Position numbers and translations under genes: made by a program. Of a stretch of 64,000 nt of DNA, positions 54,005-61,764 are shown piece by piece. The stretch comes from a virus. Position 1 is the first letter of the stretch; every line of letters starts with the position of its first letter. Under the pieces are notes generated by a model. It made no database searches. It worked only from the letters and a program-made list of their open reading frames with translations, and was not told the origin of the DNA. The stretch is taken from the IMG/VR virus record IMGVR_UViG_3300035698_000810, positions 2,839-66,838 of that record, one strand, 5' to 3'.

Positions 54005-55148
54005 AGTCTAATGCCTCCTTAAGTTGATCTTCGTATCGTTGTTTTTCCCTGAGCGTTGTATAGCCCGTTAAGAAATTCGGATGCCAGATTTCCTTTGAGT
54101 CCTTATTCAGTCGCCTACACTTAGTATACGTTTGTGGACCTATTGCGACTGGTATCAAGTCAGTCTCACTAATTAACTCCATCAGTTCTACCGGAGCGAA
54201 CTGATCCTCGTCTAAGTGGTACCAAAGGAGTTCGGTCTCGTCGATCTGTAGGTCTTGCAACATCTTCGTGAACGCGAGGTTACTGCCACCGTATCCGTTG
54301 AAGCGGAAGCCAGGGTTTCTGAACTCAACGTCTGACAGGTCTCCGACTATCAAGTACCTAGCTCCCCACCTGCATCCTGTTACAGAGAACGGTCCGTATG
54401 GTACATACTTGGAGTCTGAGGCCACTTGGTTACGTATCAAGGTCTCAATCGCTAACTCACCGAACCGCTCGACCTGATCTATCCATTGATCGATATCGTA
54501 TACTAGAGTATCAGGTCTATTTATTAAACCACCGATATTATCTATTGTGTATGTATACTTGTTGGTTACGGTTCCGTAGTCTTCAAACTTGGGATCACGA
54601 GGCTGGCACCCAAAGGCGAGGTCGATATACTCTTGAACCACGAGTCCAATTCTTTCATCGGGCTCATACATCTCATCGCGTGACTCGGATAGTTCCATAT
54701 GACGACGGACGGGGGCACCGACACTTCCGTCGGAGGGTATTGTAATGATACTAATCCCTCCAGACCCAAGTAATATACGGTCGAGGAGTCTGGCACTGTA
54801 CTCCCACTCGGTACCGCCCCTGTATATATCTGCATAGCAGATTTCAGACATCCATAGCCTGTCAATGACAACCAGCCTTGTTCCAGCAGCCTGTACAGCT
54901 CGTCTAAGTAGAGCTGTGTGATAAGCGTGCATGTTTCCAAACCATCGACCTTCCCCGTGAATGTACAGTGCGCCGTACTTCTCAACAAAGTAGTTCGCGA
55001 GGGTGGTTTTTCCTGTACAATCTGGTCCATCAATGTAGATTATCCCGGTTACGGTTCCTCTTTGATACCCGTACAACTCCTTATACTGAAGTTCCTTGTT
55101 CATCTGATTCAGCCGGTGCGTCTGTTTCTCCATCCCCAGGCTCTTCAT
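53994..55148 (-). CDS. dNMP (thymidylate-like) kinase fused to a UDG-superfamily-like domain
   Basis: IDGPDCTGKTT, IDRLWMSE; C-terminal YLIVGD...F.G.GG...VAIG...IWHP. Confidence 0.75.
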   Translation of the reverse strand: MKSLGMEKQTHRLNQMNKELQYKELYGYQRGTVTGIIYIDGPDCTGKTTLANYFVEKYGALYIHGEGRWFGNMHAYHTALLRRAVQAAGTRLVVIDRLWMSEICYADIYRGGTEWEYSARLLDRILLGSGGISIITIPSDGSVGAPVRRHMELSESRDEMYEPDERIGLVVQEYIDLAFGCQPRDPKFEDYGTVTNKYTYTIDNIGGLINRPDTLVYDIDQWIDQVERFGELAIETLIRNQVASDSKYVPYGPFSVTGCRWGARYLIVGDLSDVEFRNPGFRFNGYGGSNLAFTKMLQDLQIDETELLWYHLDEDQFAPVELMELISETDLIPVAIGPQTYTKCRRLNKDSKEIWHPNFLTGYTTLREKQRYEDQLKEALDFAE

Positions 55149-55776
55149 CGGTCTCCCCCTCCGTAGACGTTGCTAAAGAAACTACCGCGAGTATATCGTC
55201 GAAGTTCGGCGGCACGAAACCAGGTGGCTTGATCACGTCGAATGTAGACTCACGTTTACTATCACCTGGATTCTCACAACGGACCTTAGTCATGTTAGCT
55301 TTCTGTACCTTAAGGAAGCACGCGCGTACGCGGTTCACATCCATGGAAAGGAGTAAGGTTCCAATAGCAACATATACAAGATCAACAAGTCCATCAACAA
55401 AATCAGGCAAACTACCTTCGTCGGCCGCGAGTTTAATTTCATCCAGCTCTTCCTCTAAGAAGTTGATCCTAAACTGTTGTAAGTCCGCTGGTAGCTGTCG
55501 TGGCGGACCACTGTATATGAGCCCATACTTGTGATGAAAGGCTTGCACCAGTTCAAACGGGTCTACCTGTGACAGTGCATAGTGCAGAGCATTCTCACGC
55601 TCTCCGTATGCGTGCCGGATCATGGCTTTCTTGCCAATAGCTATTGACGGGTCCATCTGAGTTGCTTGGCGTTGGTTCTTAATGTTGTCCAACATAAGCA
55701 TCAACATGGCGCGCAAGTCTGGAACCGGGGTTCCCTTGGGTGTGGGTTGACCGATCAGGTCTACAGTCTCAACCAT
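55081..55776 (-). CDS. MazG/PRA-PH-superfamily all-alpha NTP pyrophosphatase
   Basis: FLEEELDE...DGLVDLVYV..G...ANMTK...KPPGF.PP; start placed at ATG 55776 (GGAGG RBS). Confidence 0.82.
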   Translation of the reverse strand: MVETVDLIGQPTPKGTPVPDLRAMLMLMLDNIKNQRQATQMDPSIAIGKKAMIRHAYGERENALHYALSQVDPFELVQAFHHKYGLIYSGPPRQLPADLQQFRINFLEEELDEIKLAADEGSLPDFVDGLVDLVYVAIGTLLLSMDVNRVRACFLKVQKANMTKVRCENPGDSKRESTFDVIKPPGFVPPNFDDILAVVSLATSTEGETDEEPGDGETDAPAESDEQGTSV

Positions 55777-56674
55777 CGTTCCATTCCTCCCATTTTTCTG
55801 ACGATCCCCAAGGACCCTGAATACTGTGTAACGACCTAAACTTAGGTGGTTCAGACACATTGTCAGAGGTTGTAGCCTTGAGCTTCCACAAACAGTTGCG
55901 AGACTCGGAGGGGAATAGCGGAGCGAACACAGTCGCAAGGTAGTTGACATCGTAATACGCCCGCAGCTTCTCGAACAACTCGGGCAAGCCCTCTTGCTCA
56001 GCTAACCTGTGTTTGTAGTCCCGTATGCTAGCGAACGTGCCCCAGACTCCTTCGATATAGAATCCTAGGTCTTCGAGCTTGGCACCAAGCGCTTCGTGAG
56101 TGATTTCGTTGACGTGATTCGCGGCTGCTCCGACATGCGCATCATAACAGGGTGTGGAGATGTAAGCTGTGCCCTTGCCCAGCTTAAGAATTGCAAGCAT
56201 TCGATTAAGGATTCCGATGGCATGTTTAGGTTCGACATGTTCGATCACCTCGAAGCAGGTTAAGATGTTAGGCATCTTGAAACATTGGCCGTTAACAATC
56301 AGCTCGTTATCTTTTAGGTCGAGCTGTACGTCTTCATCGTCAGCGAAGTCTGTGCTACCGAACACGTCAATAGGGAACCTACCTGTGTGAAATGGCTGCA
56401 TGTTAAGCGATGACGGTTTGTTAACGTCCACGCCGAGGAAGTGCTCGACTATGAACCGACTCGAGTAGAGAGTCTTAGCGAACGCGACGTCTTTTCCGCA
56501 TCCGACATCTAAAATTCTGGAGTTCTTATAAGCTTGACCAATACCGAGGTCCTTCATAACATGGGACCAGCGCAAACAGTGCGCGAGGTAATCTCGGTGA
56601 ATGAAGCCGCGTTGTTCGGCTTGATCAATTGAAAGGTGGGTATTGTCTACGGCCTTGCCGCGTGCATTCGACAT
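55769..56674 (-). CDS. class I SAM-dependent methyltransferase, small-molecule (UbiG/Methyltransf_11-like) type
   Basis: ILDVGCG, GVD, CFEVIEHV, YISTP, NHVNE; no DNA-MTase NPPY/DPPY motif seen. Confidence 0.85.
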   Translation of the reverse strand: MSNARGKAVDNTHLSIDQAEQRGFIHRDYLAHCLRWSHVMKDLGIGQAYKNSRILDVGCGKDVAFAKTLYSSRFIVEHFLGVDVNKPSSLNMQPFHTGRFPIDVFGSTDFADDEDVQLDLKDNELIVNGQCFKMPNILTCFEVIEHVEPKHAIGILNRMLAILKLGKGTAYISTPCYDAHVGAAANHVNEITHEALGAKLEDLGFYIEGVWGTFASIRDYKHRLAEQEGLPELFEKLRAYYDVNYLATVFAPLFPSESRNCLWKLKATTSDNVSEPPKFRSLHSIQGPWGSSEKWEEWNDG

Positions 56675-56699
56675 GTGCGCTCTCCATATCTTTAAAACA

Positions 56700-56742
56700 A
56701 TTCCGGCCCTTGCAATGTCTTGGGGGGTACAAGGACCGGAAT
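56700..56742. promoter_or_regulatory. intergenic hairpin upstream of the nucleotide-modification operon
   Basis: ATTCCGG.CCTTG ... CAAGG.CCGGAAT inverted repeat; no clean U-tract. Confidence 0.4.
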
Positions 56743-56783
56743 CTCACCTGCTCAAACCTGATGGGTAAACGATCAGGGGTGGT

Positions 56784-57161
56784 TTAAGCGGCTTTCTTTT
56801 CGGCCGGCGCTTCGACCTTTTCTTCCTTGGCAGTCTTCATGTAGCCGCCACCGACGAGGTCTGCTTGATAGAACGCGAGGATGCGTTCAACAGGCTGACG
56901 AGTCTTAAGGTCCTGACCTTCGACGCCCTTACCGTTAGCCGCGCTCAGTGCGGACAGGTATTCAGCGCGAGGAGTCGTGCCGAGGGTTTCAAGGTGGTTA
57001 AGCAACACGCGTGCTTGGGGAGGAAGCTTTTCGTCTTTGCCGACTTGCTTAGTAAAGGAATACGTGATGTTACGTACGGTCTTGGCTTTCGCAGGTTTGG
57101 CTGTCTCTGGTGTGTCTGTCTTGCCGGCAGTGCCAACAGCTTTGGCTGATTTATCAGTCAT
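56784..57161 (-). CDS. small helical (winged-helix-like) protein, paralogue 2, with Lys/Ala-rich tails
   Basis: LPPQARVLL...KTRQPVERILAFYQADLVGGG. Confidence 0.8.
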   Translation of the reverse strand: MTDKSAKAVGTAGKTDTPETAKPAKAKTVRNITYSFTKQVGKDEKLPPQARVLLNHLETLGTTPRAEYLSALSAANGKGVEGQDLKTRQPVERILAFYQADLVGGGYMKTAKEEKVEAPAEKKAA

Positions 57162-57243
57162 AGTGCTCTCCAGTTCTATTTATAAAACACGTAGATATTC
57201 TACTGACGTGCCAGAAGTCATGTGACTCCTTAACAATGAAATA

Positions 57244-57282
57244 ATACTATACCCACATATAGAGTATGTACACACCCGAAAT
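57244..57282 (-). promoter_or_regulatory. conserved early promoter ATTTCG-N4-TGTACA-N17-TAGTAT
   Basis: Copy of the repeated promoter motif. Confidence 0.75.
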
Positions 57283-57311
57283 GAATTTCTTTTTATTTAT
57301 GTGTGAATTGG

Positions 57312-57496
57312 GTGTTATATATAGAGATATTTTTATTGACGACAAATCTACATCATAGAACAAAGGGTTTGTTGTACTATTCTCTTCAGTAGTAAATGAC
57401 AATGATCAACACCAACACAAATAACATCAGCACTAAACCCTAAGGCTTACTTAAGTCTTCTAATGTTATGTAATAAAAAGATACGTTAATATAAAA
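57312..57496 (+). repeat. dispersed ~185-bp self-complementary element, copy 2
   Basis: Colinear with 3220-3404; shared blocks GTGTTATATATA.AGATATTTTTATT, TAGTAAAT, ATCAACA.CAACACAAA, ACATCAG, AGTCTTCTA.TGTTATGTAATAA. Confidence 0.75.
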
Positions 57497-57524
57497 GAAG
57501 GGGTCCCTCCGAAGAAGGACCCCT
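57493..57524 (-). terminator. Rho-independent terminator after the DUF932 gene
   Basis: Minus strand AGGGGTCCTTC-TTCG-GAGGGACCCCT-TCTTTT. Confidence 0.85.
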
Positions 57525-57567
57525 AAGGTTAACTCAGTATCTACCGCACGTATATACTGAGTAGTTC

Positions 57568-58632
57568 TTACACTGCCATTTCAGTGGCGAGCGCAACTGC
57601 TTGAAGCTTCTTAGCTGCACGGTCTCCGAACCATGCACGGTCCAAGCGGTTATTAGTAGACCGACCTAACTTATGGTCGATGGCGTAGGTTACACCGTTC
57701 AGAGCACCCCACCATGTCCCTTTGGCAGACTTCATATCGCTACCTGGGGATTGGTCGACGTACTGATAGATGTCGTTGACTGTACGCGAAGCATCATCAA
57801 GAGACATCTCAATCTTCGCTGACATAGCCTGCGCTTCCATAACAGTCATGTCCTTCTTAGCACCAAGGAACATGTCACGCTCGATTTCAGCGTGCTTAGG
57901 TGCGTCGAACAGACGACCAAGGAACAAGCGACGTTGTTGCTCGGTACATTTTTTCTTAGATAGAACCGTTGCAACTTCTTTGAAGATCGCGAGCTGTGTT
58001 GATGCTAAGCCCATCGCTTTTTCAGCAGCCTTAATAACGTCTTCACTCATAGCCTGTGTGTGAGGCATACGGAAGTTATCACGGTTGCCAGTGGACTGTG
58101 TATCCATTGCCATGGTCAAGGTGTTGTTGCACACGACTCTGATAGGCGTGAACTTCATCACCATCGCCTTGCCCCACTTGTGTGGATGACTAAGCAGAAG
58201 GAAGCCTCCGACTTCATCGTGTCCAGTCAGTTCGAAGCTCTCGCCGAGGTTAGCCAGCGCCCAGACCTGCTCACCTTCGTTAAGTGAACCAGCCGTTTCC
58301 ATCTTCATTCCGCCAGCCTCTGTGAAGCGCTGGAAGAAGTCGAATGCCTCGACATTTTGTAGTGGTGTATACTTCGGACCGCACGGACCTAGGATCCTAT
58401 TATCCGTGTCACGCACCAAGGCAAACTGATCTATGACAGGTAGCTGGAACTCCTGTTCTTCGCCATGGATAACGGGTTGCATCGTCGTGCGCAGTGGACG
58501 CTTGCTGACAGTCCAGTCTAGTCCGGCTTCAACAAGCATTTCCTTTGGTGTCAGCTCGTGGCTAACCTCTTTTCCGAGGCCGTGCCAGGGCTTTTCCCCA
58601 GCGTAGGCCATGGTCTCTACTTCATGGGACAT
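57568..58632 (-). CDS. DUF932 (TIGR03299-like) phage/plasmid protein
   Basis: MSHEVETMAY..PWHGLG..AGLDW.V..ETAGSL..TPIRVVCNNTL..GTWWGALN. Confidence 0.9.
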   Translation of the reverse strand: MSHEVETMAYAGEKPWHGLGKEVSHELTPKEMLVEAGLDWTVSKRPLRTTMQPVIHGEEQEFQLPVIDQFALVRDTDNRILGPCGPKYTPLQNVEAFDFFQRFTEAGGMKMETAGSLNEGEQVWALANLGESFELTGHDEVGGFLLLSHPHKWGKAMVMKFTPIRVVCNNTLTMAMDTQSTGNRDNFRMPHTQAMSEDVIKAAEKAMGLASTQLAIFKEVATVLSKKKCTEQQRRLFLGRLFDAPKHAEIERDMFLGAKKDMTVMEAQAMSAKIEMSLDDASRTVNDIYQYVDQSPGSDMKSAKGTWWGALNGVTYAIDHKLGRSTNNRLDRAWFGDRAAKKLQAVALATEMAV

Positions 58633-58662
58633 GCGTCCCTCCTTTGTTAATTGAACAAGACT

Positions 58663-58701
58663 ATACTAGTCCAACCAGGTTTTAATTTAAACCCACGAAA
58701 T
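58663..58701 (-). promoter_or_regulatory. conserved early promoter ATTTCG-N4-TTTAAA-N17-TAGTAT
   Basis: Copy of the repeated promoter motif. Confidence 0.75.
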
Positions 58702-58709
58702 TATACTAG

Positions 58710-59243
58710 TTAACGGTGTCTATGCGGGTTATTTGATACGTCGTAGATAGACTCATCATCACCGGCAACAAGCTTGGCATGGAGCTCGGTAAAAGTGTTT
58801 ACCGCGTTTCTACCAAGGCCACCAGCTTTAATTTCCTCAGCTTGATAAATCATGAACCTTGCAAATTGGCTAGGACGACAACGTATGCGTACAGGCTTTT
58901 CTCCTATACCACGGAAATCTCTAGAGATTTCTGTGGTATAACCGAAGGCTTTTACCAAGATGATACGCCAACCATCCAGACTACATGGCTTAACCACCGA
59001 TGTAGGAATTACGAACTCAACTCGATCTTTACTCATCTGACTCATCTCATCTCTCCTTGCTCTATAGTTTAAAATTGCGTTTACTTCATAACCTTTCGCG
59101 TGCGTAAGTCCAAACGTGGCCTTGCGTCTTGGACCATTACCTAAGAGACTATCTAGTATATGTCTCGGTATATCAGATATAGCTATGACGTAGCTTTTGT
59201 ACGGTGAGGCTCGCCAGCCTGGCTTTGTACTAAATACGCCCAT
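58710..59243 (-). CDS. hypothetical early protein
   Basis: 177 aa, TAATG-coupled; CRPSQFARF. Confidence 0.7.
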   Translation of the reverse strand: MGVFSTKPGWRASPYKSYVIAISDIPRHILDSLLGNGPRRKATFGLTHAKGYEVNAILNYRARRDEMSQMSKDRVEFVIPTSVVKPCSLDGWRIILVKAFGYTTEISRDFRGIGEKPVRIRCRPSQFARFMIYQAEEIKAGGLGRNAVNTFTELHAKLVAGDDESIYDVSNNPHRHR

Positions 59244-59698
59244 TACGCTAGCACAATTCTGCGTATGGTCCAGACGTCACCTATGTGATCGCCCGGGTAC
59301 GTCAGCTCCCACTCTTTGGGTTCATCGTCAAGTACACTAGTGCTAGTGATTCCCCAGACCGGCTCCCAAAAGTGATACCGACTGAGTCTAGTTCGGAGTT
59401 CAATGTCTTGCTCATCCTGATACCCCGTACCAATCTCGAATGAGATGGCATCTTTAAACTGCTCCACGTCCCAGTTAAGTGTGTTAATTGTTTCGAAGTT
59501 ATGATTCAAGTCGTTGAGCATCAACGTGTAGATGTCAAGGACACACATATCCTTTGCAGTGTCTAGCTCTGCTAGCGCCATGTGGTTCTGACCTGACTCC
59601 CATATTTCGTAACACTCCTCGTCCTGGAGACAGTCACTCCACCAGTCACATACGTAGATACTCTGCAACATGAAGTTGTTGTTAACGTTTGTAGTCAC
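59243..59698 (-). CDS. hypothetical acidic protein
   Basis: 151 aa, GTG start. Confidence 0.65.
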   Translation of the reverse strand: MTTNVNNNFMLQSIYVCDWWSDCLQDEECYEIWESGQNHMALAELDTAKDMCVLDIYTLMLNDLNHNFETINTLNWDVEQFKDAISFEIGTGYQDEQDIELRTRLSRYHFWEPVWGITSTSVLDDEPKEWELTYPGDHIGDVWTIRRIVLA

Positions 59699-59850
59699 GG
59701 TATTACCCTTTTTGTTAACCGCTCTAGTTCTCTTATAAGCGTATGCATCTCAGGAGGCTTCGGGCCAAACATCATACCAACTGCAACCTGGTGCTTGTAC
59801 GTCTTACTTAGACGCTTGTGCAAACGCTATAGTTCCTTGCGCGGGCTCAC
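59695..59850 (-). pseudogene. 51-codon ORF interrupted by an in-frame TAG at codon 8
   Basis: MSPRKEL*RLHKRLSKTYKHQVAVGMMFGPKPPEMHTLIRELERLTKRVIP; GTGA overlaps at both ends; GAGGA RBS. Confidence 0.55.
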
Positions 59851-60068
59851 TCTAATTCCTCTAGTACATTTATACCTATAACACCAGCGCGTGAGTCCAA
59901 ATACCTATAAGGGTATCCCTCCATAGCCTTAGCTTGCCGTATAGCGGACTTAGCTGTACGTGCAACTACGTAGTGCGGCTTAGCACGTGTTGTAGAACTG
60001 TTAAAAACAGGTTTTACAAGTATTTTCCAACTTCGTAATTTACTCATCTCTGTACATGCTCCATCCAC
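59847..60068 (-). CDS. hypothetical basic protein
   Basis: 73 aa; true start may be the internal MSKLR. Confidence 0.55.
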   Translation of the reverse strand: MDGACTEMSKLRSWKILVKPVFNSSTTRAKPHYVVARTAKSAIRQAKAMEGYPYRYLDSRAGVIGINVLEELE

Positions 60069-60787
60069 TCGCCGTCGACGAGTTGTTTCTTATAATACTT
60101 GAAGATACGCTCCAGCGGTTGTTTGCTCTTGACCACGCCCTGCATAGCCTTGATGATGTCAACTATGTACATGGCCTTTCCGTTAGTCTTCATGAGTTCT
60201 AGTATTTGTACAGCCTGCTTAGGTAATCCCTCAGGCTTTTTATCTAGGACTCGGAACATATCGGTGTCAGTAGTTTTCTTACGACCTGAATTACCTCGTG
60301 TCTGACCAACGTCCTTGTCATAAGGATCATAGTCGACTGCAACTTCACACATGATAGCCCACAGGTCTCGCGCCGCAGCGTCGACAGACGCATACTGTGT
60401 GGCTCGGGGTTCCTCTTTTATACGCGCAATCAGTTTCGCTATCTCTTTGAGATTGAACTGGTTGCCGATGCATTTTAATTTGGGGATGATACCGCGCAGT
60501 TTGCCGGTATTTGAAGGGCCAGCGACGAAGTAAGCTGTCGTCACGCCTCTTAGTCTGAACACGCGTATGGGCAGATTATTTTTAAGGTGTCCCACAAGGT
60601 AGTAACAAGGTTCGCTTGTTATGCTGTTGTGTCCCATGCGATTGATTGCGAACGACGCTTGACCATACTTAGCCAGCACTGTCTCTCTATTAGTGAAACC
60701 TGTATGATCAGGGTCCACTAAGTCCCTCATCGGGAACGGTCGAACTGGTTTTACAAACTCGACACAGTCGTCTTGTTGTGGTTGCAT
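60044..60787 (-). CDS. early protein with C-terminal winged-helix-like domain, paralogue 3
   Basis: LPKQAVQIL...KSKQPLERIFKYYKKQLVDG; GAGG RBS. Confidence 0.8.
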   Translation of the reverse strand: MQPQQDDCVEFVKPVRPFPMRDLVDPDHTGFTNRETVLAKYGQASFAINRMGHNSITSEPCYYLVGHLKNNLPIRVFRLRGVTTAYFVAGPSNTGKLRGIIPKLKCIGNQFNLKEIAKLIARIKEEPRATQYASVDAAARDLWAIMCEVAVDYDPYDKDVGQTRGNSGRKKTTDTDMFRVLDKKPEGLPKQAVQILELMKTNGKAMYIVDIIKAMQGVVKSKQPLERIFKYYKKQLVDGEWMEHVQR

Positions 60788-60814
60788 GCTTACCTCATTT
60801 TAATTTATGAAATT

Positions 60815-60853
60815 ATACTATACCAACCGCATTATTTTTTAAATATACGAAAT
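60815..60853 (-). promoter_or_regulatory. conserved early promoter ATTTCG-N4-TTTAAA-N17-TAGTAT
   Basis: Copy of the repeated promoter motif. Confidence 0.75.
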
Positions 60854-60960
60854 TAACCTAATCCAATTAGCCCAAGCATGACTGGAATTAACACGCCAAA
60901 GAAGAACAGGAACCCACCAACAATCTGCAGTAGCATCCACCAACCTTTGAAAAAATCCAT
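60853..60960 (-). CDS. 35-aa single-pass membrane peptide
   Basis: MDFFKGWWMLLQIVGGFLFFFGVLIPVMLGLIGLG; starts 4 nt after the upstream stop, with GAGGG RBS. Confidence 0.55.
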   Translation of the reverse strand: MDFFKGWWMLLQIVGGFLFFFGVLIPVMLGLIGLG

Positions 60961-60964
60961 ACTC

Positions 60965-61306
60965 TTATCCCTCTATCACTGCAACAGTAGGGAATATGTC
61001 TGTGTCAAAGTCCGCGGTAAATAAGACCTTGTGCCACAAGCTAATGCGGCCCTGTATACAAGCCTCCATCATACCCTGATCTATTGCTGTGAGTTGTTCT
61101 ATTGGAAAGTCGCCGATGTAGACTTCGATATCGTCAGATAATTCTCTATTGAATCGTGAGAACTCTTGTCGCAGTAAGTCTCCATCTTGTGTGATGCTGA
61201 CTACAAATACATTTTCTCTTAAGTTGCCAGCGATCTTCGTATCTATCAGTCTTTGCAACCCTCGTAAGAAAGGGGTCATGTCGCTGATTGTGATCATCTT
61301 AACCAT
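60965..61306 (-). CDS. hypothetical protein
   Basis: 113 aa, GGAG RBS. Confidence 0.65.
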   Translation of the reverse strand: MVKMITISDMTPFLRGLQRLIDTKIAGNLRENVFVVSITQDGDLLRQEFSRFNRELSDDIEVYIGDFPIEQLTAIDQGMMEACIQGRISLWHKVLFTADFDTDIFPTVAVIEG

Positions 61307-61373
61307 GCAAAACTCCGAAACAATCTGATGTGCTGCAACTATATCAAACTTTTTGCAGAAAGTAAATTAGCTA

Positions 61374-61694
61374 TTAGGTGGCATTGTGGACTAGATCAGA
61401 GTACTCCCTCTCGCATGCGGCGATTGCGTTTTTTACCTTAATTGGGCGCTGTCTAACAACATACGCTTTGAACGACCGGCTTATAGTTTTCAGATCGTCT
61501 AGATCTTCATTACCACGCTCAGCCTTTCGTCTAATAGCGTCTACTGTACTACTAATACGTGCATGCGCACGCCTAAGCTTTTGTCGTATCTCTGGAGTAT
61601 CAACCACTACGCCTCCTTTACTTTCATGCAGTTGCCACAGTATTTCCACTGTACGCCTGGCATCCAATATGCAGGCTGTCCACGCCATATCCAT
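61374..61694 (-). CDS. hypothetical protein
   Basis: 106-aa helical ORF in the minus-strand block. Confidence 0.55.
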   Translation of the reverse strand: MDMAWTACILDARRTVEILWQLHESKGGVVVDTPEIRQKLRRAHARISSTVDAIRRKAERGNEDLDDLKTISRSFKAYVVRQRPIKVKNAIAACEREYSDLVHNAT

Positions 61695-61764
61695 TCAGAG
61701 CAGCTAGTACATTTACTCGCGTACTTAGTTGTAACCCAGCTGCCGGCTGGGAGTGGAGGTTTCT

